Shown: positions 12,375 through 23,200 of the stretch, piece after piece
Layout of the letters: each line of letters begins with the position of its first letter
Position numbering within the stretch: position 1 is the stretch's first letter
Origin: an uncultured Mycoplasmatota bacterium
GTDB taxonomy: Bacteria; Bacillota_I; Bacilli_A; RF39; UBA660
Assembly (NCBI GenBank): GCA_900553395.1
Contig: USDJ01000005.1
Coordinates: 10,489-74,488 of the forward strand
DNA length: 64,000 bases
Reading direction: 5' to 3'
The notes under the pieces: generated by a model
Seen by the model: only the letters and a program-made list of their open reading frames with translations
Databases searched by the model: none
What the model was told of the DNA's origin: nothing
Program-made: the position numbers and the translations under genes

Positions 12375-14153
12375 TCAACTAACTACTATGCTCTTTTTGG
12401 CTTCACTATATTCTTGCATTTTCTTAAGTATTTTATCCCTTTTAGCAATTATTAGCTTTAAATCATTTATCTCTTTACTATCCTTCTTATTTGCTAAATC
12501 ATCCATCACTTTAAAGTATCTGCCAGTAGGAAACTGTTCATAAAATTCTTGGAGTAATTCGCTTAAGGCGTTAAAATTTTCTTCACCCACAACATCAAAT
12601 AGATATTCTACTCGTCCTTCTTTTCTACTTTCTTTTATTTCTTTACTATAAGTCCTATAAAAATCTTTTACTAAAAAGAGCATATTCTCATATGATGTTC
12701 CACCATGTATCTTAGTAGTATTAGGTTCGTTAAATATCGTCTTCTCGTTGCTCAACATTAATTCGTGAATTTCTTGGCAAATTATTTCATTTATAATTTC
12801 ACTTAAAAGTTCACAGCTTCTTTTTTTTCCATCAGATTCTATATCAACTACATCTTCTTTATCTGAAAAGCGCTCACTTATTACATCCCAACCACTAATT
12901 ACTTTAATTTCACTTTCCGAAGCGCTTAAAAGACTTAATTCATAAACATGATTTAATTCGTGTAAAAGTGCACTATCAAGATATTCAAGAAGAGACCCCA
13001 AATTAAGGCATAGAATTGAATGCAACTGATAGTTCCCATCTTTTTTTACTAGATTTGGTGACACAAAAGCTCTAGAATTCAAATATGCCTTAGCATTTAT
13101 ACCATCATTTTTATCTAAAAGGCCTAATCTATCTATTTTTTCTCTCGTCTTAACATAACCATCTAATGAATTAATATAATTATTTAAAAATCTAGTATAA
13201 GCTTCACCTCTTCTTTGTTTTATTCTTTGAACTAATTCTTCATTAGGAATTAATTTTTTACAACTTTCATTATTTAAATAATCTTCATAATTATTTCCTA
13301 AATCTATTCCATACGATTTAAAGAAAGAGATTCTATCTCTTTTTATTGAATCTGCACGCCATCCGCCACTTAATAAAAGTTTACTATTTTCTTCTGAAAA
13401 GGCTTCTATTTTAGATTCATAAGATAAAGACAATCCAACGACACTATTAGCCACATCCATTGAAAATCCTATTTTATGGCCTGTTCTTTTTTCTTCTAGA
13501 AGAGATAATTCTCTTTCGTTTTGTGGAATAAGATCAATAAACTCTAAATATAATTGATCCTTTTCTCTATCTTCTAATTCATCTTTTAGTTTTAAACTTT
13601 TATCAACATATTCCTGATAAGGTTTTAAACCTTCTATTCTCTCTTTATAATGCTTCTTCATCATTTCATACTGTTCCAAAATAGGACCCAAAAAAGAAAA
13701 TGCTCCACTATCTATTAACGCATTCAAATTGCTAGCATTTACATTTTCGTCAAAATTTCTTAAAAATTCTACAACTTCTTCTCTTCTGTAATTTGTAAAT
13801 GCCCCTTTATCTTTTATATAAGTAGCATATTTATCAATTGGAAATAGATTTTGATAATCCAGAGTATATCCCGCAAATAATATTCTTTTCATTTCATTTT
13901 GCTTAGTATCAGCATAGCCAAGATTATCTAGCATATTATCCAAAAGTTCATTAAATATATTTTTTCTAATATCCTGCAAATTTCGTTTTAATTCTTCAGG
14001 AGTAATTACGCCTACAATAGAAATCTGACTAAATTTTTTTTCTACTTCTTCCGGGCTAACGCCGTAATAAACTGCAAAAGCATTTATTATATCCGGTAAA
14101 GATTTTTTGACAGTTTCATCACAATCTAAAATTCTAAACAATTCTTTATTCAT
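12375..14153 (-). CDS. Hypothetical protein with a single HExxH motif (about 592 aa)
   Basis: Long clean ORF containing 'ALLHELNHVYE', a possible zincin site. ATG 14153 overlaps the upstream stop as ATGAATAA. No family recognised. Confidence 0.55.
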   Translation of the reverse strand: MNKELFRILDCDETVKKSLPDIINAFAVYYGVSPEEVEKKFSQISIVGVITPEELKRNLQDIRKNIFNELLDNMLDNLGYADTKQNEMKRILFAGYTLDYQNLFPIDKYATYIKDKGAFTNYRREEVVEFLRNFDENVNASNLNALIDSGAFSFLGPILEQYEMMKKHYKERIEGLKPYQEYVDKSLKLKDELEDREKDQLYLEFIDLIPQNERELSLLEEKRTGHKIGFSMDVANSVVGLSLSYESKIEAFSEENSKLLLSGGWRADSIKRDRISFFKSYGIDLGNNYEDYLNNESCKKLIPNEELVQRIKQRRGEAYTRFLNNYINSLDGYVKTREKIDRLGLLDKNDGINAKAYLNSRAFVSPNLVKKDGNYQLHSILCLNLGSLLEYLDSALLHELNHVYELSLLSASESEIKVISGWDVISERFSDKEDVVDIESDGKKRSCELLSEIINEIICQEIHELMLSNEKTIFNEPNTTKIHGGTSYENMLFLVKDFYRTYSKEIKESRKEGRVEYLFDVVGEENFNALSELLQEFYEQFPTGRYFKVMDDLANKKDSKEINDLKLIIAKRDKILKKMQEYSEAKKSIVVS

Positions 14154-14439
14154 ATAGATCATACATCCAATCTATTAATGCATTATAGTTTTCGCCTTTT
14201 ATATAAATTTTTTCTGATTCATTATTAATATTTACATTTATAATAACCTCATCACCATCTATAATGCTGGAATTACTAGTATAGCCCTTATATTTTCTTA
14301 TTATTCTAAATAATTCATTTATTTTATCCTCGGTTACATATTTTAACGTATCATTTATTAAAACTGTCTTTAAAGTTAGATCTACTAATATTTTATCTAT
14401 CCTGCCAATTTTATTAATTTGTATTTCAATGCTATTCAT
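14146..14439 (-). CDS. Hypothetical protein (97 aa)
   Basis: ORF translationally coupled to the 592-aa gene. No recognisable motif. Confidence 0.45.
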   Translation of the reverse strand: MNSIEIQINKIGRIDKILVDLTLKTVLINDTLKYVTEDKINELFRIIRKYKGYTSNSSIIDGDEVIINVNINNESEKIYIKGENYNALIDWMYDLYE

Positions 14440-14469
14440 ATTTTCACCATATATATTATAGCATAAATT

Positions 14470-14811
14470 TCATTTACAAATATAGTCATAATCTTCGTAT
14501 TGCTTTTTTATTTCTTTTTTTGTTGCATTTAATTTTATTTTATCTTCAATTACAGATATTATCGTATTATTTTCTAACTTTAGATTATATTCATCTACAT
14601 ATTCTTTTATATCATCAAAGTATTCACTTGCAGTCACATTATCCGAAAAAATCATTTTATCAATTTGCTTATAGGTTTCGCTTTTAAAATCAAATTCAAT
14701 TTTATTTTTTATCTTGATGTCATCATATGAATCATTATGTGTACAAGTAAGCTTATTTCCACAACCGCAAGCAAAAATTAAGCATAAATATAAAAGAACT
14801 ATCTTTTTCAT
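14470..14811 (-). CDS. Putative lipoprotein (113 aa)
   Basis: Signal peptide plus lipobox-like 'LCLIFACGCGN'. Confidence 0.6.
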   Translation of the reverse strand: MKKIVLLYLCLIFACGCGNKLTCTHNDSYDDIKIKNKIEFDFKSETYKQIDKMIFSDNVTASEYFDDIKEYVDEYNLKLENNTIISVIEDKIKLNATKKEIKKQYEDYDYICK

Positions 14812-14841
14812 ATTATCACCACTTAAATATACGCAAAAGTA

Positions 14842-14876
14842 AAAGAAATGATTACGTAAATAGCAATCATTTCTTT
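14842..14876 (-). terminator. Hairpin terminator after the rhomboid gene
   Basis: 12-bp stem AAAGAAATGATT / AATCATTTCTTT with an 11-nt loop, followed on the minus strand by a T-rich tail (TACTTTT). Confidence 0.55.
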
Positions 14877-14908
14877 TATTTCTTAATATAATAACAATGT
14901 TAATTAAA

Positions 14909-16072
14909 TCATCTGCAAATTATATATAAAAGTGATAGTGAAAATATAACCAACATTATAATACCATTAATAATATCTACTTTTTGACTTTTATATTTTA
15001 CACCAACTGCCATAGATGATAGAATTCCACCTATAAGTCCACCTAGATGAGCAAAAGCATTTATTCCTGGAATAAATAGTCCTACTGATAAATTTAAAAT
15101 TATAAGAGGTATTATTTGACTCTTAATTACACTACTTAAATATACTCTATAATAATATCCAAAATATACTAGGGATCCAAGCAAGCCGAATATAACTCCA
15201 CTTGCACCCACGCTTACAATATTATCTTGTAAAAATGGCATTGAAAGTAAATTACCGATAACACCACTTGCTAGAAATATTATTGTATATTTTACTCTTC
15301 CATAAAAGCTTTCTAATTGTGGACCTATAACATATAGCGAATACATATTACATATCAAATGAAAAATACTTGCGTGTAAAAATATTGAACTAAATAATCT
15401 ATAGAATTCTAAATTTGAATCAAAAGTAGATAAATTGACTAATCCGCCATATTTATATAAAACATTAGCATCTACATCTATAAAATTTCTAGATAATAAA
15501 GATGTCATAATATACATAAATAAGCATATTCCCATAAATATATATGTTATGATAGGCTTTTTCTTAGAAAAAACCTCTTCTGCTTTTTTAGTTTCATCAA
15601 AGTTTTTCTTGTTTATATCATCTGTTAATTTTATAAATAGTTCAAGTCCTTCTTCTTTAGAATTTTCTACTTCCATAATATTCGGAAACTTATCAAGTAT
15701 AAAAGAATATTTAGATATGTCATCTAACTCTTTTATATTTGCGCACTCTATGTTATCGAACTGCTTATTTTCTAAATTTACATTATCTCCTAAATTAACA
15801 AAAATACTTAAAGTACTCATTTTAAAGGAGAACATTTTTCGCTTTATCTTCTTTAATATTTGCTTAGTTCTGAATATGTCAAAATCCAGTTGCTCATTAT
15901 TATGTATATAATTCGAAACAATCCTTATTATTTTATAATCAGCTTCACTATTCTCTAGCCAAATTTCGTCTTTCGCTCCGTGAAGGATTACAGGATTATA
16001 ACCACACTCGGTAATAAAATAATGAAGAAGTTTCATTACTATTTCATCATTTTTATTTAAAGTAATATTCAT
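14909..16072 (-). CDS. Rhomboid intramembrane serine protease (GluP/YqgP-like)
   Basis: Catalytic 'GASGVIFGLLG' and 'AHLGGLIGG', 'HASIFHLICNM'. N-terminal cytosolic domain with 'DEIWLEN…IIRIV' resembles B. subtilis YqgP. Confidence 0.85.
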   Translation of the reverse strand: MNITLNKNDEIVMKLLHYFITECGYNPVILHGAKDEIWLENSEADYKIIRIVSNYIHNNEQLDFDIFRTKQILKKIKRKMFSFKMSTLSIFVNLGDNVNLENKQFDNIECANIKELDDISKYSFILDKFPNIMEVENSKEEGLELFIKLTDDINKKNFDETKKAEEVFSKKKPIITYIFMGICLFMYIMTSLLSRNFIDVDANVLYKYGGLVNLSTFDSNLEFYRLFSSIFLHASIFHLICNMYSLYVIGPQLESFYGRVKYTIIFLASGVIGNLLSMPFLQDNIVSVGASGVIFGLLGSLVYFGYYYRVYLSSVIKSQIIPLIILNLSVGLFIPGINAFAHLGGLIGGILSSMAVGVKYKSQKVDIINGIIMLVIFSLSLLYIICR

Positions 16073-16129
16073 CCAATCACCCTTGTTATTATTTTAATAC
16101 ATTTATCATAAGATGTAAAGAGGTGTTAC

Positions 16130-16585
16130 ATGAAAAAAATTTTTAAGTTTCTTATCATTTTACTTCCATGGTTTATCGGTGGAATATTATTTAAAAGCGA
16201 TATTATATTTTATAAATATTTAAATAAGCCTAGTTTTGCACCTAAACCTATTATATTTACAATAGTATGGCCTATTTTATATATTTTAATATCAATAAGT
16301 ATTTATAAAATATATAAAAATAACAATTATAAAGACACACCAGAATATAATAAAGCTCTACTCGTAAATTATTTTTCTAATCAAATTTTCTCTTTTCTAT
16401 TTTTTACTATAAAAAGTCCATTTTTGGCACTAATAGATACATTTATCGTTTTTATAACATCACTATTTTTATACTATGAAACTAAAGAAATAAATAAAAA
16501 TTCTTCTAAGTTTTTAATACCATATATATTATGGAACACATTTGCTCTAGCACTAATAACTTCAATATTTTTTCTTAATATATAG
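16130..16585 (+). CDS. tspO: TspO/MBR family tryptophan-rich sensory protein
   Basis: 151 aa, five hydrophobic spans, 'PSFAPKPIIFTIVWPILYILISI' and 'PYILWNTFA'. Confidence 0.72.
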   Translation: MKKIFKFLIILLPWFIGGILFKSDIIFYKYLNKPSFAPKPIIFTIVWPILYILISISIYKIYKNNNYKDTPEYNKALLVNYFSNQIFSFLFFTIKSPFLALIDTFIVFITSLFLYYETKEINKNSSKFLIPYILWNTFALALITSIFFLNI

Positions 16586-17026
16586 TTAGTATTCATAAAC
16601 TATTTCACTATTTTCAGATAACAACATCATTTCATATTCACTTAAGCACTTTTTTATTTTTAAATATATGTTGTTATTTTTTATTAAAACATTAACTTTA
16701 TTTAATAAGCATTTAGGAATATCATCAACTAAATATAAAAAATCTTTATTATCTTTTACTATTCTCATATCGACCTGATTTTTATAATAATCATAATAAT
16801 CTAGCTCTTCTTTTTCCAAATGAAATATAACTCCATAATACTTATCTACATATACATATACATCATAAAATCCCTCTATATGTATATCATACTTGTCTCT
16901 TAAAGTTATAAACATTTTTTTTAAATATTTTTCAAGATCTTCCTTTTTATCAAAATTCACATTTTTTAATATTTTTTTCTTTACATATATATCTAATGTA
17001 AACTCATCAATAAACTTAATGTTCAT
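16586..17026 (-). CDS. Hypothetical protein (146 aa), weakly MecA-adaptor-like
   Basis: 'MNIKFIDEFTLDIYV…' and the C-terminal 'IYLKIKKCLSEYEMMLLSENSEIVYEY' only loosely recall MecA. The assignment is weak. Confidence 0.35.
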   Translation of the reverse strand: MNIKFIDEFTLDIYVKKKILKNVNFDKKEDLEKYLKKMFITLRDKYDIHIEGFYDVYVYVDKYYGVIFHLEKEELDYYDYYKNQVDMRIVKDNKDFLYLVDDIPKCLLNKVNVLIKNNNIYLKIKKCLSEYEMMLLSENSEIVYEY

Positions 17027-17068
17027 ACAAATCCACCTAATTTATAGTATGAAAAAAAGAACAATTAG

Positions 17069-17650
17069 CTACATTGTTCTTTCAATTTTATCATAAACTT
17101 CTTTTTTACCAATTTTAGTTACATTAGAAAATAATACAAAGTCATCACCTACTACTAAATCTAAATCCTCTAAAATTGCACCTCTCTGTTTTTGCTGCAA
17201 AGTTATTCCAACCTTATCAGTTTTAGTAGCTACTATCGTAACTGGTATTTTGTAATATTTTAAATAATTATACATCATTAAATCATCATTAGATGGTTTA
17301 TGTCTGAAATCTATTAACATAAATACTTGTTTTAAGTTTGGCCTATTTTTTAAATAATCTTCCATCATTAGACCAAATTTTTTTTGCTTTTTCTTACTTA
17401 GCATAGCAAATCCATAACCTGGAGCATCAACTAAATAAAATTTATCATTAACAAGATAAAAATTAATAGTCTGAGTTTTTCCAGGTGTAGCTGATATTCT
17501 AGCAAAGTTTTTTCTATTTATTAAAGTATTAATAAAACTACTCTTTCCAACATTACTCTTACCTACGAGTAAATATTCAGATTTTTCATCAGTAGGATAT
17601 TGACTGCGTCTTACCGCACTAATTTTTAAATCAACAGACGTAATTTTCAA
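17069..17650 (-). CDS. engB: Ribosome biogenesis GTPase EngB/YsxC
   Basis: 'GKSNVGKSSFINTL', 'DAPGYGFA', 'ATKTDK'; 193 aa. Confidence 0.92.
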   Translation of the reverse strand: MKITSVDLKISAVRRSQYPTDEKSEYLLVGKSNVGKSSFINTLINRKNFARISATPGKTQTINFYLVNDKFYLVDAPGYGFAMLSKKKQKKFGLMMEDYLKNRPNLKQVFMLIDFRHKPSNDDLMMYNYLKYYKIPVTIVATKTDKVGITLQQKQRGAILEDLDLVVGDDFVLFSNVTKIGKKEVYDKIERTM

Positions 17651-17766
17651 AGTACTTCACTCCCTTAAAAAGATGTTCTAATTATAACATGTTATGATTT
17701 TTTTGTCAAAAAGTAATATTTTAAGTCTAATATATAAATAAAAAAAATCGACATATGCCAATAAAA

Positions 17767-18024
17767 CTAATCATCTTCAAATATACCTTCACATAATTCA
17801 TCCATTGTTACACCTAATATTTTAGCAATTTTATACATAGAATAAAAAGATAGAGACTTTTGTCCACCTAGGCTCACTATATGTCTTAAATATTCATAGG
17901 ATATATCAATCTCTTCAGAAAATTCCATTAAATTAACTTTTTTATCCTTACACATTTTTCTAACATTAGTACCTACTATATATTGAACATCATCCTTACT
18001 TTTAAACCTTTTAATATTCTGCAT
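17767..18024 (-). CDS. XRE-family HTH transcriptional regulator
   Basis: 'VGTNVRKMCKDKKVNLMEFSEEIDISYEYLRHI…YKIAKILGVTMDEL'. ATG 18024 follows GGTGG. Confidence 0.7.
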   Translation of the reverse strand: MQNIKRFKSKDDVQYIVGTNVRKMCKDKKVNLMEFSEEIDISYEYLRHIVSLGGQKSLSFYSMYKIAKILGVTMDELCEGIFEDD

Positions 18025-18148
18025 ACTACCACCACACATATTATCTCATGTTTATTTTTTACTTGTATGCAAACAGATTATTTGCAAACTTTAAGTAATA
18101 TTTTGGTTTTATATAAATATACTCTACTAGATAGGACGGGAGGATTTT

Positions 18149-18652
18149 ATGATAAATAAAAGAAGTTTATGGTTTTTAACTTTATTTAGTTTAATTTTAA
18201 TATTAAGCATATATTATATAACTATGCCAAGTGAATTACTGCTTACAGGTAATACTAATAATATAAAAACAGATGACAAAGATAAAACTACTATATCTAT
18301 AGAAGAAAGTGATATATTAGTTGCTCTAAGGGTAGAGTCAGATGAAGAAATGACTAAAGAAATAGAAGACCTTCAGTCTGTTTTAACAAACACAGAGTCT
18401 ACTGTAGATGAAAAAAACAAGGCATATGAAAAAATAAAAAAGCTTAATGATACAAGAGGAGAAGAAGAAAAACTTGAGGGTCAAATTAAACAAACCTACA
18501 AATTAGATTCATTTGTAAAGATTAATGATAACGAAATTAAAGTTACCGTGAATAGTTCAGAACATAATGAAAAATTAGCAAACAATATTATGAGAACAAT
18601 TCAAGCTAATTATGAGGACTCTAAATATATAACAGTAAAATTTCAAAAATAA
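18149..18652 (+). CDS. SpoIIIAH-like protein
   Basis: 'KRSLWFLTLFSLILILSIYYI' parallels B. subtilis SpoIIIAH 'KKQTVWLLTMLSLVVVLSVYYI'. An acidic linker follows, then 'EKNKAYEKIKKLN…EEKLEGQIK…IKVTVNSSEHN…ITVKFQ'. Confidence 0.7.
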   Translation: MINKRSLWFLTLFSLILILSIYYITMPSELLLTGNTNNIKTDDKDKTTISIEESDILVALRVESDEEMTKEIEDLQSVLTNTESTVDEKNKAYEKIKKLNDTRGEEEKLEGQIKQTYKLDSFVKINDNEIKVTVNSSEHNEKLANNIMRTIQANYEDSKYITVKFQK

Positions 18653-18674
18653 CTCAGAAAAGAGTTATTTTTTT
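18650..18674 (+). terminator. Weak terminator after the SpoIIIAH-like gene
   Basis: TAACTC-AGAAAA-GAGTTA followed by TTTTTTT. Confidence 0.45.
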
Positions 18675-18758
18675 AGGCCCGCATAATCACTAAATATGTA
18701 AATCTACATAAAATAACATGAGAAAATATAAACCACTCTATTAGGAAGTGAGGGAAAA

Positions 18759-18965
18759 ATGAAAAAAAGTATTTTAACTAAAAGAGAAAAACAAGTCTTT
18801 GAAATGTTAATTACAAATAAAACAACAAAAGAAATAGCAAGTAAATTAAGTATAAGCGAAAAAACAGTTAGAAATCATATTTCAAATGCTATGCAAAAAC
18901 TAGGAGTTAAAGGAAGAGCAAGCGCTGTAGTAGAATTATTAAGGTTAGGAGAAATCTCTTTATAA
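18759..18965 (+). CDS. GerE/LuxR-type single-domain HTH regulator
   Basis: 68 aa, 'LTKREKQVFEMLITNKTTKEIASKLSISEKTVRNHISNAMQKLGV', GerE-like in size and layout. Confidence 0.8.
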   Translation: MKKSILTKREKQVFEMLITNKTTKEIASKLSISEKTVRNHISNAMQKLGVKGRASAVVELLRLGEISL

Positions 18966-18987
18966 AACGTATTTTTATACGTTTTTT
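18964..18987 (+). terminator. Rho-independent terminator
   Basis: AAAACGTAT-TTTT-ATACGTTTT followed by TT. Confidence 0.65.
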
Positions 18988-19011
18988 ACATATATTTTTA
19001 TAGGTGATATT

Positions 19012-19968
19012 ATGCTAAAAAGAATTTATACAAAAAAGTTAATAATATGTACTATTACACTATTTGCTTTATTTTTAATATATATTATTCCTGAAAAAAA
19101 AGAAGAAATAAAAATCAAAGAAGAAATAAATTACGTTAATAAAAATATTGAAACATCCCCAATTTTTCTTCTAGACAAAAATAACTATTTAGCAAGTACT
19201 AGAATAGTTACAACAAAAAAAGACATTGAGGGTTTAGCTACTGAATTAATTGAAGCTCTTATAATTGATGGTAATATGCAAGATAACATACCACCAGGTT
19301 TTAAAGCAATTTTACCAACCAACACTAAAATATTAAGTCTAAGCTTTAAAGATAATATAATAAAAGTTAATTTTAATAAAGAAGTTTTAAATACTAACAA
19401 AGAAAATGAAGAAAGAATTATAGAAGCAATAGTATACACATTAACTGGCTTAGAAAATGTTAAATTTGTAACTATATATGTAGATGGAGAAATTCTAACT
19501 AAGTTACCACAAACAAAAATAAATCTTCCTGCTACTCTAACAAGAAGAATAGGAATAAATAAAGAATACAATGTTAATAGTACAAATAACATAAGTAAAA
19601 CAACAATATATTATATAAGTGAACATAATGATCAAGAATATTATGTACCAGTTACAAAAGTAAATAACGATTCAAGAGATAAAATTGAAATTATAGTAGA
19701 TGAATTAAGCAGTAATAATGTTTACAAAACTAATTTAATGAGCTACTTAAATAATAATACTAAAGTATTATCTGTAAACGAAGATAACAATGAAATAGTG
19801 GTAAATTTTAATAGTGCTATTTTTAATGACATAAACACAAAAGAAATATTAGAGGAAGTAATATACACAATTTCTCTTTCTATAAATGATAATTATGACG
19901 TTTCAAGCATTGTTTTTAATGTAGAAAATGAAGAAATTTACAAAAGTGTTAACAAAAGTATTGAATAA
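19012..19968 (+). CDS. GerM-like (Germane domain) membrane-anchored protein
   Basis: N-terminal TM segment and two GerMN-like modules ('IEAIVYTLTGLENVKFVTIYVDGE', 'EEVIYTISLSINDNYDVSSIVFNVENE'). Confidence 0.68.
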   Translation: MLKRIYTKKLIICTITLFALFLIYIIPEKKEEIKIKEEINYVNKNIETSPIFLLDKNNYLASTRIVTTKKDIEGLATELIEALIIDGNMQDNIPPGFKAILPTNTKILSLSFKDNIIKVNFNKEVLNTNKENEERIIEAIVYTLTGLENVKFVTIYVDGEILTKLPQTKINLPATLTRRIGINKEYNVNSTNNISKTTIYYISEHNDQEYYVPVTKVNNDSRDKIEIIVDELSSNNVYKTNLMSYLNNNTKVLSVNEDNNEIVVNFNSAIFNDINTKEILEEVIYTISLSINDNYDVSSIVFNVENEEIYKSVNKSIE

Positions 19969-20012
19969 ATTTAAAAATTATTATATAATTATCTTGTTCC
20001 TTGGAACGAGAT

Positions 20013-20089
20013 GTCTCAGTAGCTCAGCTGGATAGAGCATCGCCCTTCTAAGGCGAGTGTCAGGGGTTCGAATCCCTTCTGGGACACCA
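20013..20089 (+). tRNA. tRNA-Arg (anticodon UCU), CCA encoded
   Basis: Hand-folded cloverleaf: acceptor GTCTCAG/CTGGGAC, D arm GCTC…GAGC, anticodon arm TCGCC-CTTCTAA-GGCGA, T arm AGGGG-TTCGAAT-CCCTT, discriminator A plus CCA; 77 nt. Confidence 0.93.
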
Positions 20090-20100
20090 TGTTAATAATA

Positions 20101-20127
20101 ACTTGGATTTAATATCCAAGTTTTTTT
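20101..20127 (+). terminator. Terminator after tRNA-Arg
   Basis: ACTTGGAT-TTAAT-ATCCAAGT followed by TTTTTTT. Confidence 0.75.
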
Positions 20128-20141
20128 CTTTAGCAACACTA

Positions 20142-20170
20142 AAAGGGAGCCATTAACGCCTCCCTTTTAT
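20142..20170. terminator. Possible bidirectional hairpin downstream of polC
   Basis: AAAAGGGAG…CTCCCTTTT, a short GC stem flanked by an A-run and a T-run; about 60 nt past the polC stop. Confidence 0.4.
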
Positions 20171-20229
20171 TTACTTTAGTTTCTTAATTATCCATCATAT
20201 CATCCACTATCAGTATATAACATATTTCT

Positions 20230-23200
20230 TTAATCGAATAAACTTAATTGATTGGACTCACTCATACCATTAAATATTCCCATAAGTTTCATTTTGTCCA
20301 TAAGTGTTCCCGAAATTTTAGCTCTATACTGAACTTCTTCTATACTAAGAAAGCTCCTTTTTTCTCTTTCTTCAACTATTTTTTTAGCAACTGTATCTCC
20401 TAGGCCATCTATACTTGAGAAAGGTGGATAAATACTTTTATCATCTCTAACTCCCCAAGTTGTGGCATTACTTTTATTTAGATCTACTGGTAAAAATTGT
20501 ATTCCTCGAGCTGTTGCCTCAAGACAAACTTTCAAACTTTCAAGTTGACCTAATTCTTTATTAGTTGCTTCATATCCTTTATTTTGTATTTCCAATATTT
20601 TTGCCTTTATTGCATCATATCCTTTTATCATAACTTCTACATCTACATCTGTAGCTTTTGATGTAAGCCATGATGCATAGAAGTATACTGGCATATGAAC
20701 TTTATACCAAGCTATTCTGAAAGCACTTATTACATATGCTGCTGCGTGTGCTTTAGGGAACATATACTTTATTTTGTGACAAGAATCTATAAACCATTCT
20801 TCTATTCCAGCGTCTTCCATAGTTTTTTTATGAATTGCCCAAGTATCTGGATCTTTTGATGCTTTACCTTTACGTACAAATTCCATTATTTTAAATGCTT
20901 TAATTGGAGCTACTCCTTTATACATTAAGTAAACCATAATATCATCACGACATCCAATTACCTCTTTAAATGGAACAATATTGTTCTTAATTAGTTCCTG
21001 AGCATTTCCTAACCATACATCGGTTCCGTGTGATAATCCAGATATTTTTATAAGTTCAGCAAATGTTTTTGGCTTAGTTTCTGCTACCATTCCTATTGTA
21101 AATGGTGTTCCGAATTCCGGTATACCAAGTGTACCTGTTTGACACATTATTTGCTCATTAGTTACTCCTAATGCTTTAGTACTTGTAAAAATACTCATAG
21201 TATCTTTATCATCTAGTGGTACCTTTAAAATATCAGTTCCAGTTAAGTCTTGAATCATACGAAGTTGTGTTGGATCTGAATGCCCTAATATATCAAGTTT
21301 TAACAAATCTTGGTCTATTGCATGGTAATCAAAGTGAGTGGTTCTCCAAGCACTATTAGGATCGTCAGCTGGATACTGGAAAGGAGTAAAATCTGAGACA
21401 TCCATATAATCTGGTACTACTACTATTCCTCCTGGATGTTGACCTGTTGTTCTTTTAACTCCTGTACATCCTTGCGCTAATCTCTCTATTTCAGCAGTAC
21501 GCATTACAATATTTTTATCTTCACAATACCCTTTTACAAAGCCAAATGCTGTTTTATCAGCTACTGTACCAATAGTTCCTGCTCTATAAACATTATCTAC
21601 ACCAAATAAAACCTTAGTGTATTCGTGAGCTGAAGCTTGATTTAAATCTGAGAAGTTTAAGTCTATATCTGGAACTTTGTCCGCATTAAATCCTAAGAAT
21701 GTCGCAAATGGCATGTCTTGTCCATCTTTATACATATCATTTCCGCAATCCGGACATTTTTTATCAGGTAAATCGAATCCACTCGAATAATCTGCTCCTA
21801 ATTCTTTACCATTTTCATCTTTAAATATACTCTTTTTACAATTTAAACACCTATAATGAGCTGGAAGTGGATTTACTTCCGTTATTCCCATCATAGTAGC
21901 TACAAAGCTTGAACCTACAGATCCACGGGAACCTACCAAATATCCATCATCATTTGAATGCTTTACAAGTCTTTGCGCTATTAAGTAAATTGGATCGAAT
22001 CCTCCTCCGATTATACCTCCAAGTTCTTTTTTTAACTTCTTATTTAAAGACTCATCATTTAACTCTCCATCATCTTCAGTCCAATTAGAGCTTATATATT
22101 TTTTTAACATTTCTTTTACACTATCAAAGCCTGCTATAATTACATTATGTACTTTTTCAAATGTAAGAGCATTCATTTCTTCTTGTGATATATTAGGATT
22201 TTCTATTTTTACATTATCACTGCAACATTTATAAACTATATCACCATATAATTCTTTTGCTATTCTTTCTTCTATATTAAATGGAAGTGGATCACCATAC
22301 CAATCACTAGCCTTAGAGTAAACTAAGTCAGTAACAACCCTAGGACAATCCAGATAAGACTTACCATCATCACTTTTAACTCTAGGAGAAAATGGAATTC
22401 CACCAGTATCTATTATTACCTCTATCTCCTCAACTTCATCAAGTACTTTATTAGTATTTAAAACAACTATTTCATATGCTAAATCATCACCTAAGAATTC
22501 AAAATCATTAAGCATTTCTCTTGTTGTTCTGAAATGTTGTGATGGTATTTTTGTAATGCTACTCTTAGCTAGTGGATGTCTTCCTCCACCTGGTACTTTT
22601 TGATTTACAATAATCTCCCTATATATTTTATCTTCTCTTTTAAAATGATGTACATCTCCAGTTGCAACTATTATTTTTCCAGATTGTTTTGTAGCTTCTA
22701 CAATTTTTCTTATATGATTCTCAAGTTCAAGTTGATCTTTAAAATCGCTAGTTTGTATTAAATGACTATATACTTCTGGAGGCTGAACTTCTACATAATC
22801 ATAAAAATTTATTATATTAGTTAATTCCTGTCCCTCTTTGCTTCTGGCTTCTATAAATACTTCTGATTCATAGCAACCACTTCCTATTAGAAGTCCTTCT
22901 CTTAATTCTTCAAGTTTACTTCTTAGAATTCTAGGAGTTTTATATAAATAAACGGTGTTTGCTAAAGAGATTATTTTAAATAAATTTTTTAACCCTGTTT
23001 TATTTTTAGCAATGGCATTAAAATGAAATGTTCTACCAAATTTATGTATTTCATCTTTAGAAATCAATTTATCTAAGTCAGATATAGTTTTAAAATTCTG
23101 AGAAATTAATTTTTGCAACATTTTATGAAATACTAAAGCAGTACCCTCAGCATCGTAATCTGCCCTATGATGAGCATCTTCTTCCCAAGGAACATTATAT

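Noticed and set aside
19969-20229. A possible integrative element at tRNA-Arg (integrase, attachment-site repeat).
   Set aside because: The tRNA is followed only by terminators and the polC stop. No integrase gene and no duplicated tRNA 3' end is visible.
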